Shown: positions 28,512 to 40,592, counted from the stretch's first letter. The stretch is 64,000 bases of DNA from an uncultured Bacteroidota bacterium (GCA_963700635.1 CAVOYH010000004.1:32001-96000), one strand, 5' to 3'. Notes: generated from the sequence alone by a model not told the origin. Program-made: numbers and translations.

Positions 28512-31500
28512 ATGAGCAAGAGATTTGTGCTCCTTCCGACGATGTTGCTTCTCGTGCCGGTACTGGTGTTTGCTTCGGGCAAAATCAGAGGCACGATCGT
28601 TGATAAGGACACCCGCGAACCTCTCGTCGGCGCCAACGTGTCCATCGTCGGCACAACCTACGGCGCGGCAGCGGATGTCAACGGTGAATATGTTATTCTG
28701 AATGTCCCGGTGGGCGTGTATGCGCTAAAGGCGACATTCGTTGGGTATGCGCAATACACGGTCTCCAATGTCCGTGTGAATAACGATCTGACAACGGAAC
28801 TTGACCTCAGCTTGTCCAGTGAGGCGGTCGCATTACAGGCTGTGGAGATCGTCGCGCAACGCCCGCTGGTCAACAAAAATGCTACCAATGCAGTGCGCAT
28901 CAGCACATCGGAAGACCTGGCTGCGCTTCCTGTGAGGGGGATCAACAATATTCTCGCCGTCACGCCGGGTGTCGTCGTCCAGGATGGTGCAGTGTTTATC
29001 CGTGGAGGGCGCCTGGATGAAACTGGATACTATCTTGAGGGAGTCAGCATCCGGAATCCGTTGACGGGAGCCCGGGCCGTGACGCTTGTGCAGGATGCGA
29101 TAGAGGAGATCCAGGTTCAGGCCGGGGGGTACAATGCCGAATTTGGCGGTGCAAATGCCGGTATCATCCAGCAACAACTTCGGACCGGGACATCTTCATG
29201 GAAAGCAAGCGCGCAGTACATCACGGATAACATCTCGCTAAAACCTAAAAGTAAAGCCCTTGATGGAGAGAAGCGCCTGGGGAGCCACTGGTTCGGCTAC
29301 AACGAATTTACCGGGAGTGTCAGCGGTCCGGTGTTCAGTGATCGGTTCAAATTCTTCGGCCTGTTCAATTATCAGTACCAGCGTGACCAGAATCCGCAAC
29401 CGTTTCCCGGGATTTCGCTTGGACCGGTGGTCGGGCAGACGGGGGACACCGTAAATCTGACGTACCCCGCAGGATCCCTCATGAAGAACCCGCGCCAGGA
29501 CTACACAGGGACGGGGACCTTTACGTTGGATTTCATGCCGATCACCGTGCGTCTGGCAGGTACCTATACTGCCACCACGCAGTACAATGCGTACAATTCT
29601 CACCGTAACGCCGGTGCTATCGCAAATCTCCTGAACCAGGATCGTATAGAAGAAATTCGCCAGAAGAACGGGGCAGGGAGTCTGAAGCTGACGCACCTTC
29701 TGAATCCGACAACGTTTTATGAAGTTACGCTGGGTTATTTCCATCAATCCCAGAAACAGCTGGATCCCTATCTCGAAGATGATTTTCTGCATTATGGCGA
29801 CAGTGTGGCCAATGCAAACGTCGGCTGGGTGTGGGAGCGTACGGCTGCGGATATCGCCAGCGGACAAACCGGACGATACCTTCGTCCAACCCGGAGAATC
29901 CTCTATGATTTCGCCTTCAATTCGCCCGGCGAACCACTGGCAGGCTACGTCAAATGGAAAAGAGAGAATATTAGCGTTAATGGTGCCTTCTTTACCCAGA
30001 TCGGCTCGGAGCATTCCATAAAGATCGGTGGCGAATTTCAGCGGTACACCATCCGGAACTATTCTTGGTCGAACGAAAGTGTGTTGCACCCTTGCCGGTC
30101 TCCTGGCCGCAAATGACGCCCTTCCGGACGGTGACCCCAACAAAGTTGCCCGGGAGCAGGTGCTTATCAACCGCGGTGTCAACAATTACGGGTTCGACGT
30201 ATGGGGGAACGAGACGAACACCGGTGGATTCACCGGTCCCAAACATCCGGTATTTGCATCGGCCTATATCCAGGACAAGATCGAATACAAGGATCTTGTC
30301 GTGAATATCGGATTCCGGTATGACTACATCAACATTGACAACTATGCGTTTGCAGATCCAACCAGACCAGACCTGGCCATCGATCCCTACAGCGGGGCGA
30401 TTAGCCCGGCAGGGCTAGTAAAAGCCAGCCCGTTCCATTCGGTAAGTCCGCGACTGGGCCTTTCATTTCCTGTGACGGATCAGACTGTTTTCCATACGCA
30501 GTTCGGACAATTTGTGCAGCAGTCGCGCCTGGCGGATGTGTATCAGGGGATGTACGCCACCGCGTCCAACGTGCGCGGGGGTTTCTATATCCACACGCCG
30601 GTCGGGTACGACGTTCGGCCGACGCGCACGACTCAATACGAACTCGGATTCACCCAGCAGATCGGTGAGTTTGCCTCATTTGATATCACGGGCTATTACA
30701 AGGATATCAAAGACCAGGTTGTGTATGAGCAGTGGAACACCGCCCCAAGCTCTGCGCTGGGGGCATATTTCGCGCTCGCAAACGGCGATTTTGCGACAAC
30801 GAAGGGGATCGAGGTGACGTTCAACATGCGGCGGACCAAACGACTTCAAACAAACGCATCGATCGCTTTCCAGGATGCGCGTGGGACAGGGTCTTTCCCC
30901 AACTCCGCGCGCGGAATCGTGGGTGCTCCGCTTGACGGTGTAACACAATTCAAACCGGTGTATGTGTCTCCGCTCGAGTACAACAATGCGATCCGGGGAA
31001 ATCTGAATCTGGATTACCGGTTTGCCGAAGGCGAGGGTGGTGCGCTCCTCGAACGTCTTGGGGCATCCGCTTTGTTGATGTTCAGCAGTGGACACCCGTA
31101 TACGCGCGGCATCGGCGGGGCAGATCTCGAAGGTGAAGCGCGCAGTCGCGACACCTGTTGAGCCCTTGAACGCCTCGACGACACCGTGGACGTTCCAGGT
31201 CGACCTGCGCATCGACAAGACGGTCCGATCTGTTCGAGACCCTCAATGCCAACTTCTTTGTATACATCATCAACCTGTTCGACACAAAAAATGTTCAGAA
31301 CGTGTTTTTAAGAACGGGCTCCACTGATGACGACGGTGTTCTGAGTAATCCCACTCTCGGCGCGGCACTGATCAGGACGTACGGGTCCAGGTATGCCGAT
31401 GTGTACCGGGCACTCAACATCGATTATTACGAACGGTATCAGAACGCTGTAGGACTGACAACCGTGCCGTATTTTTATGGACCTCCGCGCCAGATTCGTT

Positions 31501-31523
31501 TTGGCGTCCGGCTTGAGTACTAA
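28512..31523 (+). CDS. TonB-dependent receptor (about 3 frameshifts near 30085, 31150, 31230)
   Basis: Signal peptide, carboxypeptidase-regulatory-like N-domain, plug 'FIRGGR...GGYNAEFG', 'SPRLGLSFP', C-terminal 'RQIRFGVRLEY'. Confidence 0.88.
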
Positions 31524-31525
31524 CC

Positions 31526-34500
31526 GTGAAGGAGCACACTCTTATGAATCGTGTAACCATACTTTGTGCGAGCCTGCTTCTGGTTGTGGCGATTGGCAGT
31601 GCTCGTGATGACGGGAGGAGCGCGAGTGGCCGGAAACAGCTGCACAAACCCGCCGGCTCTCCGGTATACACATTCCTGAATATCAACAACATTTCCACCG
31701 TGTACAGGAACGACGGGACGGCAGACATTGATCCTGCGCAGCAGAACTCGGGCCTCGTGTTTCCCAAAGGGAGCAGGCGGACCGCAATGTATTCCAGCGG
31801 ATTACTCTGGGGAGCGAAAATCGCGGGTGATCCTCAAGTCCGCGTTGGCGGCTCCGCTCATCGCAGCGGCCTCCAGCCGGGCCGCGTTTTGCCCGGCGGT
31901 CTTCCTGAGGATCCGAATCTGCCCCATGTGAGGATATTCCGGGTACGGCCGGATTACCGGACCGCGGACCTGAGCGCCGAAATCGCCGATGAACATGTCA
32001 GCGCGACGGAAATCAGGACCCAGTATGAGGCGGATTGGAATAGCTGGCCCGCCCGTACGGCGCTCCGTATACCGATGTCGACAGTAATGGAACCTACGAT
32101 CCGACCGTCGACATCCCCGGTGTGGTAGGGGCTGACCAAACTGTCTGGTTTGTGGCAAACGATCTCAACTCAACCAACACTGCCGACCTGTTCGGTGCAC
32201 AACCCCTCGGGCTGGAATGCCAGGTGACCAACTGGGCCTATGCCCAGGAAGGTCCTCTCGGCAACATGATCTTCAAACGTTTTCTGCTCATCAACAAGAG
32301 TTCTCGTAGCTCTCGACAGCATGTACGTTGCAATGTGGTCCGATCCCGACCTCGGGTTCTCGGATGATGACTTTGTCGGGTGTGACACGACACTCAGCCT
32401 CGGGTATGTCTACAATGCGCAGGTCGTCGATCAGACCTACGGTTCCCTTCCACCACCCGCGGCAGGATTCGATTTCTTCCAGGGACCGCTTGTTCCGGCG
32501 CCCGGCGAGTCTGCGACGTTCCGCGGAAAACTTATCGACGGGTACCGCAATCTGCCGATGACCGCATTCTTCTACTTCATCAAGTCAGACCTCACGCTGG
32601 CCGATCCGGTACAGGGAGACCCTGCAGGTTCGACGCAGATGTACAATTTTATGCGCGGCCGCATCGGGCTCACGGGCCAATTTTTCCAGGACCCGCAAGG
32701 AAATCCGACGACGTATGTCCTGTCGGGCGATCCTGTCACCGGTGGGGGATGGCTGGATGGTCAGCAGTATCCAATGGGTGACAGGCGCATGGGTCTCTCT
32801 TCCGGTCCATTTACCATGGCGCCTGGCGACACCCAGGAGGTCGTTGTAGCGGAAATCTGCGCCGGAGCAATCCCGGGCGTGGATCGTCTGACAGCGGTTA
32901 ACCTGCTCAAATTCTATGACAAGGCTGCACAGCTTGCGTATGACAACTTCTTCGAACTCCCTTCTCCCCCGCCGGCACCGAAAGTGACGGTGACTGAACT
33001 GGACAGGAAGATCCTGCTCAACTGGGGAAGTGACCCGGTTGCGGTTACGGCAACGGAATCAACGAACAACCGCGGTTTCAAGTTCCAGGGATACAACGTC
33101 TACCAACTTCCCTCGGGGGGCGCAAGTGTGTCCGAAGGGAAGAAGATCGCTGTCTACGACCTCGCCGGAGATGGGATCACCCGTATCACGGATCAGGTCT
33201 TTGACCCGGCGATTGGAGTAGTGACCAGCAAGGTCGTACATCTCGGAACGGACAGCGGGATCAAACGGTTCTTCACGGTCAACGGTGATGCGTTTAGCGG
33301 GGGGGCTCCCCTCGTAAACGGATTACGGTACTATTTTGCGGTCACTGCGTACAGCTTCAACGAAGATCCTAACGCCGTGCCGAATAATCTTGAAAACCCG
33401 CTGCAGGTATTCGTGGCTGTTCCACACACCACCAATCCGGGAGTCCGGTATGCAGGAGCTGCAGGAGACACTGTACATCCCGTGACCCACACAGGTTCGA
33501 GCGATGGCAGCATTATTCCGTTGGTCGTTGATCCTGCAACGACAACGGGTCACACCTATAACGTGCGCTTCGAGGATGCCAGTGGCGAGATCGTGTGGAA
33601 GCTGATCGACGTGACCGGTGGAGATACCCTGCTGCGCGGTCAGAATAATCAGTCCGGTGACGATGACTATCTGGTGTTGCATGGTATACAGGTCAAAGTC
33701 CTCGGACCGCCACCGGGCATGAAGGATTGGGATGTTCCGTCCGGTGCACGGCGGTGGACTTGGGCAGGAGGGGCGGATGGATTTGGCATGGAAGGATTCA
33801 ACGGGGCCATGGGCAGTGCGCTGCATGGATGGGGTGACGGTGTTACGGATGAGCTGTTGCGTAATGTCGTACTTCGACTGGCGGCGACCGACACGAATGG
33901 TGTCGTGACGGATCCGGCTGATCCCGATCTGTCATATGCATACCGGTATGTCCGTGGAGCTCAGAATCCGCCGGCAAAACCCGAATTTGAGGCATTTATC
34001 ACCAATACCTCGGGCAGCTACGCTTACCAGGGTTATACAAAGAGTATTCCCTTTGCCGCGTACAACACTGAGACCACACCGCCAACCCGTCTTATGGTGG
34101 GCCATGTGGAAAACAACGTTGCCGGCGGATCGGTGGACGGAAAATACTGGCCCCCCGACTACAACGTCGGTGACAATACCGCGGGTACGGGTCCGCGTGA
34201 ATGGTTCTTCATCTTCGACGTCCCGTACAGTGAGACACCCGATTCGCGGCTTATGGTCAATATTCTGAATGAGGTGGGATTGCCGATCATGTATTTCTGC
34301 ACGCCGGCGCGCCGCGGTAATGTTGCGTTCGCCGCTGACGACGAATTCCTGATCGAAGCGGACCACATAAACAGTACCGCTGATGTGTTTGGTTTCACTG
34401 CGCCGGCAGTTACCTACGATGCGTCGGTGGCAAAAGCTGATGCGGGTGCAATCAACGTGTTCCCCAATCCGTATTACGGCGTGAACACCGAAGAGATCAA

Positions 34501-34763
34501 CAAGTATAACCGCTTTGTGACGTTCTCCCACTTGCCGCAGGAAGCGATCATACGCATCTACAACCTCGCGGGCATCCAGGTGCGCGAGATTCGGGAAAAA
34601 CAGTCCGTCACAATTCGAACGGTGGGACCTGGCGAACGAATCGGGGCTTCCAGTGGGGAGCGGCCTGTACATCGCGCATATCGAAATGCCGGGTCTCGGC
34701 GGTGCGAAGAAAATCCTGAAACTTGCGATCGTCCAGGAGCAACAGATCCTCGATAGGTTCTAA
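31526..34763 (+). CDS. Large secreted protein with T9SS-like C-terminal domain (frameshifts near 32055, 32305, 34600)
   Basis: Continuous protein reconstructed across ORFs 31526, 32122, 32321 and the frame ending 'WDLANESGLPVGSGLYIAHIE...ILDRF*' at 34763. 'INVFPNPY' marks the CTD start. Confidence 0.72.
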
Positions 34764-34786
34764 TGTCCGAAGGAAAGAGGAACACT

Positions 34787-35825
34787 ATGAAAACAACAGT
34801 TCGATGCATCATCGTTCTGATAATGGTGGCTGGCTTCGGGTCTGTGGTCATTGCAGGGGCGGGCAACCGGGGAGGGACCAGCGGGGCAAGCGAGCTCCTT
34901 GTTCCCGTCGGCGTCCGTGACATTGCTCTGGGTGGGTCCACGATCGCCACCACGCGCGACATTGAGGCGCTGTTCTGGAACCCCGCTGCGGTCGCTCACA
35001 TGAACAACTCGGCCACCGTATATGTGTCGCATATGAGTTATATCGCTGATATTGGCATCAATTACGGCGCCGTAGCGGCGAACTTTGAAAGCTTCGGGGT
35101 CCTGGCACTGAGCCTGAAATCTATGGACGTGGGCGAGATTCTGGTGACCACAACCACTGACCCGGACGGCACCGGCAAGACATTTAGTCCGCAGTTCTTC
35201 ACGGTGGGTCTTACCTATTCGCGCCTGCTCAATGACCGAATCGCCGTGGGGCTGACAGGCAAGATCATATCCGAACGGATGGGCGACGTGAGTGCGTCGG
35301 GAATAGCCTTTGACGTAGGGGTCACGTATGATAATCTGGCGTCTGTGAACGGGCTCAGTCTAGGTGTTGCGATGAAAAACATCGGCTCTTCAATGCAATT
35401 CGATGGATCGGGATTGTTGACAGCCGCAACGGTTGATGCACAAAAACGGCCCGCAGGACTCTACCAGATCCAGGCCGCCCCGTTTGAACTGCCTTCCTCG
35501 ATCGAATTCGGGGTGGGATACAAACGTCGGAATTAACGACGCAAATACCGTTCTCCTGTCCGGGGCGTTCCAGTAGCAACAACTTCTCCGACGATGAATA
35601 CAAAGTCGGGCTGGAGTATTCCTATCAGGACATGTTCTTCCTGCGGGGAGGTTACAATCTTGCCCAGCGAGAGACTGAAGCCCGACAGTACTTGTTCGGC
35701 GGGACCTTCGGCGCGGGCGTGAAGTATGCCCTCGGAAACACGGATATTAGCGTCGATTATGCGTACCGTTCCGTGAGGGTCTTTCTGATGCGAGTCACGT
35801 ATTTTCCGTAAAACTCGGATTCTGA
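34787..35825 (+). CDS. porV: PorV/PorQ-family outer-membrane beta-barrel (frameshifts near 35530, 35575, 35785)
   Basis: 'ELLVPVGVRDIALG', 'ALFWNPAA', 'AFDVG'. The downstream frame gives 'FLRGGY...VDYAY...HVFSVKLGF*'. RBS GAGG before ATG 34787. Confidence 0.75.
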
Positions 35826-35959
35826 TCTCGGGTGATATGGCGTATTGGATGAGTATCATTGTCGGGTGTGCGGAGGCGCAGAGTGGCGTAGATCACGACA
35901 CTCTGCGCATTCGTGCCGGGACGGAATGTATACTTTTGGGAGAGATGCGTGGAATCTGA

Positions 35960-36284
35960 TCAGCCGTGAGCTTGATGCGGTGGGTGTGATGGATCGCGTG
36001 ATGATCCGTGCGTGGGGAACCAGTCTTCCCCGACACCGTACACGTGACGCAGATGCCAGAGGACTCCGGGTTTCGGGAGGCATACATCTTCTCTCGCAGC
36101 GTTCGACCGCGACCCATGAATATCCGATCTGTTCCGCGGCCTGCCGCAACGTCATGCCTGCCCCGAGTCTTGCCCCCCTCAGCCGTTGGCCCAACGATGC
36201 GCCAGAACGGCGATACGTAGTGATGGGCATTTCGATCTTCGTGCGATCTCCGCCGTTTCTCCAACGGAGTACGCGCTTTTCCAT
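35960..36284 (-). CDS. Small XRE-family helix-turn-helix protein (frameshift near 36090)
   Basis: 'LGQRLRGARLGAGMTLRQAAEQIGYSWVAVER', then in a shifted frame 'DVCLPKPGVLWHLRHVYGVGEDWF...*', completing an HTH_3 domain. Confidence 0.6.
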
Positions 36285-36490
36285 AGAGTACCCGCCGCAC
36301 ATCTGGTGTGAATCATCCGGATGTATTACCTGATCGGTAACCGAAAAACCCCACGGCCGCATGCGCAGACGTGTCTGACCGCCCCGGGTCGTGCATCGTC
36401 CTGTCCGTGCAGCGCTCAGGGATGGGATTTGTGTAGCTTGCTTCATGGTGCTCTTTTGTCGAGCATTCCGTTCCGGTTCCCAGGCCATTC

Positions 36491-36540
36491 GGGACAGGTT
36501 ACAGTTTCGTGAGACGAAATGCCGGAAATTGGCGATGAAT
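36491..36540 (-). promoter_or_regulatory. Putative triple LytTR-type repeat
   Basis: Plus-strand GACAGG (36493), GACGAA (36513), GATGAA (36534). Same order as the 28062-28112 array. Confidence 0.4.
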
Positions 36541-36562
36541 AACCGTTGCCGGATTCGGGGTA

Positions 36563-36591
36563 TTGACTGACACAAACGGGAGTGTTATAGT
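36563..36591 (+). promoter_or_regulatory. Sigma70-type promoter for the export operon
   Basis: TTGACT-17 nt-TATAGT with extended -10 TG at 36583-36584. Confidence 0.7.
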
Positions 36592-36604
36592 ATAGAAGAC
36601 GTGA

Positions 36605-37378
36605 GTGAATCATCTCGCCTCAGGAGCCCCAATGTCATCCCGTACGGTGTTCTCCCTCATTGTTTTTCTGCTTGCGGGCAGTCTGCGTTCCGCCGCCCAG
36701 GATCCGGAAGCACTCATCCGGGCAGCCGAGAATGCGATCAAGGGGAAGACCAGTTCGGGTATTTTCAGGATGAACATCGTTACCTCCGACTACGAACGCA
36801 CCATGCGGATGGAATCGTGGAATGTGGGAACGGAGAAGGCGCTGGTTCGTATCCTCGAACCCAAACAGGAGGCTGACAACCGCACACTGAAACTGGGCAA
36901 CGAGCTCTGGATGTATCTGCGCACGACGGAAACGACGATAAAAATCCCCCCTTCCATGATGCTACAATCCTGGAGTGGGTCAGACTTCACCTACGATGAT
37001 ATGGTGCGTGAGGCGGATCTGGCGAGAGACTATGTCATTACGCTGGAGGGTACAGAAACGGTCGAAGATGCAAAGAGCTGGAAATTGCGCCTCGTGCCCC
37101 GCCCTGACGCGGCGGTTGTCTGGGGGACACTCTATTACTGGATACGGCAGTCCGACAAGCTTCCCGCAAAGGTGGAATACCACGATGAACGGGGAAAATT
37201 GATCCGGACCATGTACTTCCGGGATTTTCGGGTGATGGGAGGGCGCCGGATTCCCGCCATCCAGCGGATGGAGAGTGCCATTGAACCGGGTCGCTACACC
37301 GAAGTGATCATCGAAACGATGACCTTTGACAAGCCCATCCCCGGGCGTCTCTTCAGTTTTAAAGGGCTCGAACGATGA
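36605..37378 (+). CDS. Outer-membrane lipoprotein-sorting (LolA-like) protein
   Basis: Signal peptide, 'LWMYL...IPPSMMLQSWSGSDFTYDD', 'VEYHDERGKL'. Start may be 36632. Confidence 0.82.
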   Translation: MNHLASGAPMSSRTVFSLIVFLLAGSLRSAAQDPEALIRAAENAIKGKTSSGIFRMNIVTSDYERTMRMESWNVGTEKALVRILEPKQEADNRTLKLGNELWMYLRTTETTIKIPPSMMLQSWSGSDFTYDDMVREADLARDYVITLEGTETVEDAKSWKLRLVPRPDAAVVWGTLYYWIRQSDKLPAKVEYHDERGKLIRTMYFRDFRVMGGRRIPAIQRMESAIEPGRYTEVIIETMTFDKPIPGRLFSFKGLER

Positions 37379-38613
37379 GGTCCGTTTCGATGATCCTGCG
37401 CCTGGCCTGGCGCAACCTCGGCCGCAACAAAAGACGCACGGCCCTCACCGCGGGTGCCATTTTGTTCGGGCTTGCGCTCGCAGGCATGCAGAGAGGACTG
37501 CAGGAGGGGACGTACGCAGAGAATATCCGGAGTTTCGTCCGGCTGGCGTCTGGCTATATCCAGATCCAGCGCGAAGGGTACCAGGAAAAACCCGGACTGC
37601 GGAAGAGTTTCGTTCTCGACGGTCAGTTGCGTGCCCGGCTCGCCAGCACCCCGGGACTCCGCGGATACGCGCCGCGGCTCCGGGGGGATGGCCTCGTGAG
37701 CAAAAAACAGCGGACCCATATCGCCTTCCTCATGGGGGTGGATCCCGGACGGGAGCTCGTTGTATCAGATTTCCCGAAGCGGGTTGTCGAGGGAGATTTT
37801 GTGAGCGACGATGATGAAGCCGGGGTTGTTGTCGGTCAGACCCTCTTCAAGAATCTCGATGCGGCGATCGGCGATTCGCTGGTGCTCATTGCGCAGGGAT
37901 TTGACGGCGTACAGCGGGACATGTTTGTGCGGATCAAGGGCGTGCTGAAGACGGCCTCACACGATTTTGACCGGACGATTTTGTTTATGCACATCCAGAC
38001 GGCGCAAAGGCTTCTGGCGATGGAAGATCGTGTGAGTCTCGTGGCGGTCGCACTGGATGATCTTCCGCGTATCCCCGAAGCGCGGACCCATCTCAGGACG
38101 GAGTTGATGCCGGGACTTCTCGCGCTGGCATGGGATGAAGTGATGCCGGAGATGAAGGCGAATATCGAGGCGGACAATGTCCAGGGGTGGTTCTATCTCG
38201 GAATTCTTTTTACCGTCGTGGCATTCGGCATTCTCAACACGATGCTCATGAGCGTCACGGAACGTTCCCGGGAATTCGGCGTCATGCTTGCCCTGGGAGT
38301 TGCCAACGGCACCCTGGTGTGGATCGTGTTCAGTGAACTGATCTTTCTGACAGCGCTCGGGTTGTTTCTGGGAAACCTGGTCGCCTACGGCGCGAACAGC
38401 GTCATCGTTGCAAACCCGATCGAGCTGGGGGGAGCCGACATGGCGCGAATGTATGAAGAATATGGATTTCTACCCATCCTGACATCCTCCGTCTCTGTCC
38501 AGGTATTCCTGGGATCCACGTTGCTCATTGGCGGCATATCCCTCGTGGCCGGTATCATCCCGCTGTTCCGCGTATGGCGCCTTCAACCACTCAAGGGGAT
38601 CCGATACACATGA
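37375..38613 (+). CDS. ABC transporter permease (FtsX/LolE-like)
   Basis: 'LAWRNLGRNKRRT', 'NTMLMSVTERSREFGVMLALG'. Confidence 0.9.
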   Translation: MRSVSMILRLAWRNLGRNKRRTALTAGAILFGLALAGMQRGLQEGTYAENIRSFVRLASGYIQIQREGYQEKPGLRKSFVLDGQLRARLASTPGLRGYAPRLRGDGLVSKKQRTHIAFLMGVDPGRELVVSDFPKRVVEGDFVSDDDEAGVVVGQTLFKNLDAAIGDSLVLIAQGFDGVQRDMFVRIKGVLKTASHDFDRTILFMHIQTAQRLLAMEDRVSLVAVALDDLPRIPEARTHLRTELMPGLLALAWDEVMPEMKANIEADNVQGWFYLGILFTVVAFGILNTMLMSVTERSREFGVMLALGVANGTLVWIVFSELIFLTALGLFLGNLVAYGANSVIVANPIELGGADMARMYEEYGFLPILTSSVSVQVFLGSTLLIGGISLVAGIIPLFRVWRLQPLKGIRYT

Positions 38614-39826
38614 TGATCCTCCGCATAGCCTGGCGTAATCTCTGGCGGAACCGGACACGGTCACTCATCGTGCTCACATCCGTGGTTCTGGGTGTTGCGG
38701 CCCTCGTGTTTACCGACGCCGTGACCTTGGGAATGATACGTCAGATGCTGGACAACAGAATCGCAAACCACGTGGGTCACATCCAGGTGCATGCGGAGGG
38801 TTTTCGTGATGATCCCTCTCTAGACAGGATCATCACGGACCCCTCCGGTGTGGAGTTTGCCGCCTCCCGGGATTCTCTTATCATCGGATTTGCGCAGCGG
38901 GTTACGACATTTGGACTGTCCGGTACGGCGTACAATACCGCCGGAGCCGCGATTATCGGCATCGACCCGTCGCGGGAACAACGGATCACCAGCATCCACC
39001 AGAATATTGTCGAAGGACGATATCTCGCCGGGACCGACCGCGAGATCCTGATGAGCCGCCGACTTGCCACGCGCCTGCAGGCATCTCTTGGAGATAAGGT
39101 TGTGCTCACCGCTTCCCGGTTGGATGGCAGCGTAGGGACCGATGTGTTCAGAGTCGTGGGTCTCTATAAAACGTTTGATTCAGCGGTTGATGAGGCATTC
39201 GTGTTCATCCCGATCCAGCGTGCACAGGCAATGCTGGGTCTGGGTGGGGCAGTAACAGAATGTGTGGCGCGGGTGAGCAACCCGGACGAGGCTGTTGTCG
39301 TTTCAACCCGTCTTCAGGCCGCCCTCCCCCTACTCTCGAAGTTGTAACGTACCGGGATGTCCTTCCCCTCGTCGTGATGCAGATAGAAATGTACGCGCAG
39401 GTGAGCTGGATTATTTATCTGATTGTCGGGATCGCCATGATGTTCGGCATCATCAATCTGATGCTGATGGCTGTCTTTGAACGAATCCGGGAATTCGGGG
39501 TGATGATGTGCATTGGCATGGGGAATGGTACAGTCTTCAGGATGGTGATGTACGAGGCCATGATTCTCGGATTGCTTGGCTCCCTCGCTGGACTGAGCCT
39601 GAGCTGGCTTGTGACGTATCCGTTTACCATCACCGGGCTTGATCTGGGATCCTTTGCGGCGGGTTTCACGCAGTACGGTGTGTCGCGCATTATCTACCCC
39701 CATTTCGCACCCGTCATGATCGTCAATGTGATGGCCGTGGTGCCGGCGGTCGTCATGGCCGGGGCCGCCTATCCCGCGTTCAGAGCAGTACGGTTACGGC
39801 CGGTGGAAGCCGTGAGACATACGTGA
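38610..39826 (+). CDS. ABC transporter permease (FtsX/LolE-like), frameshift in a C-run near 39330
   Basis: 'IAWRNLWRNRTRS' in ORF 38574 and 'MAVFERIREFGVM' in ORF 39260. The two join at gccctcccccta. Confidence 0.88.
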
Positions 39827-39830
39827 ATAT

Positions 39831-39870
39831 GCCGGCGCCCTACCTGCGCAGGGAGTCCGCCGGTCTTTTT
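39831..39870 (+). terminator. Terminator-like hairpin inside the operon
   Basis: GCCGGCG...CGCCGGT followed by CTTTTT. Confidence 0.35.
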
Positions 39871-39902
39871 CGCACGACCGTACACAGATCGGAAGCACAG
39901 AC

Positions 39903-40592
39903 ATGAATACCGTCGTCCTGGCAGAGAACATAGGAAAAGTATACAATGACCGCACCGTCCCCGTCCGCGCGCTCGACGGCGTGTCACTTGAGATTCGGGC
40001 AGGTGAATTTGTCGTGCTGGCGGGACCGTCGGGGTCGGGGAAGACGACATTGCTCAACGTGATGGGCGGACTGGATAGCCCGTCGGAGGGGCGTATCCTC
40101 CTTGAAGGGATGGATCTTGCGGGAAAAACCAGGTCAGCCCTCGCTGCCCTGCGTCTGCACAACATCGGGTTTGTGTTTCAGGCCTACAACCTGAACCCTG
40201 TACTGAGTGCTTATGAAAACATAGAATTCCCGCTTGTTCTCCAGGGTGTTCACCAGGGAGAACGGCGCACACGCGTGCACGAGCTGCTCGTTGAACTCGG
40301 GATTGCCGATCTTGCCGAAACCAGACCCAACAACATGAGCGGCGGGCAGCAGCAACGGGTGGCGGCCGCTCGGGCAATCGTGACAAATCCTGTTCTCGTT
40401 CTCGCCGATGAGCCAACAGCAAATCTTGATTCCGGGACGGCGGGCAAACTCCTGGACCTTATGGAACGGATCAACAGCGAGCGCCACATCACGTTCATAT
40501 TCTCCTCCCATGATCAGCTCGTCATTCAAAGGGCCCGGCGCCTGGTTCGCCTACGCGACGGAAGACTGGAAAGTGATGAGACGGTCCGCTGA
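39903..40592 (+). CDS. ABC transporter ATP-binding protein (LolD-like)
   Basis: GPSGSGKT, MSGGQQQR, LADEPTANLD. Confidence 0.95.
   Translation: MNTVVLAENIGKVYNDRTVPVRALDGVSLEIRAGEFVVLAGPSGSGKTTLLNVMGGLDSPSEGRILLEGMDLAGKTRSALAALRLHNIGFVFQAYNLNPVLSAYENIEFPLVLQGVHQGERRTRVHELLVELGIADLAETRPNNMSGGQQQRVAAARAIVTNPVLVLADEPTANLDSGTAGKLLDLMERINSERHITFIFSSHDQLVIQRARRLVRLRDGRLESDETVR

Noticed and set aside
35570-35580. In-frame TAG in the PorV-like gene as possible pyrrolysine or readthrough
   Set aside because: The protein resumes in a shifted frame (cag t agc aac), so this is a one-base insertion, not stop recoding.
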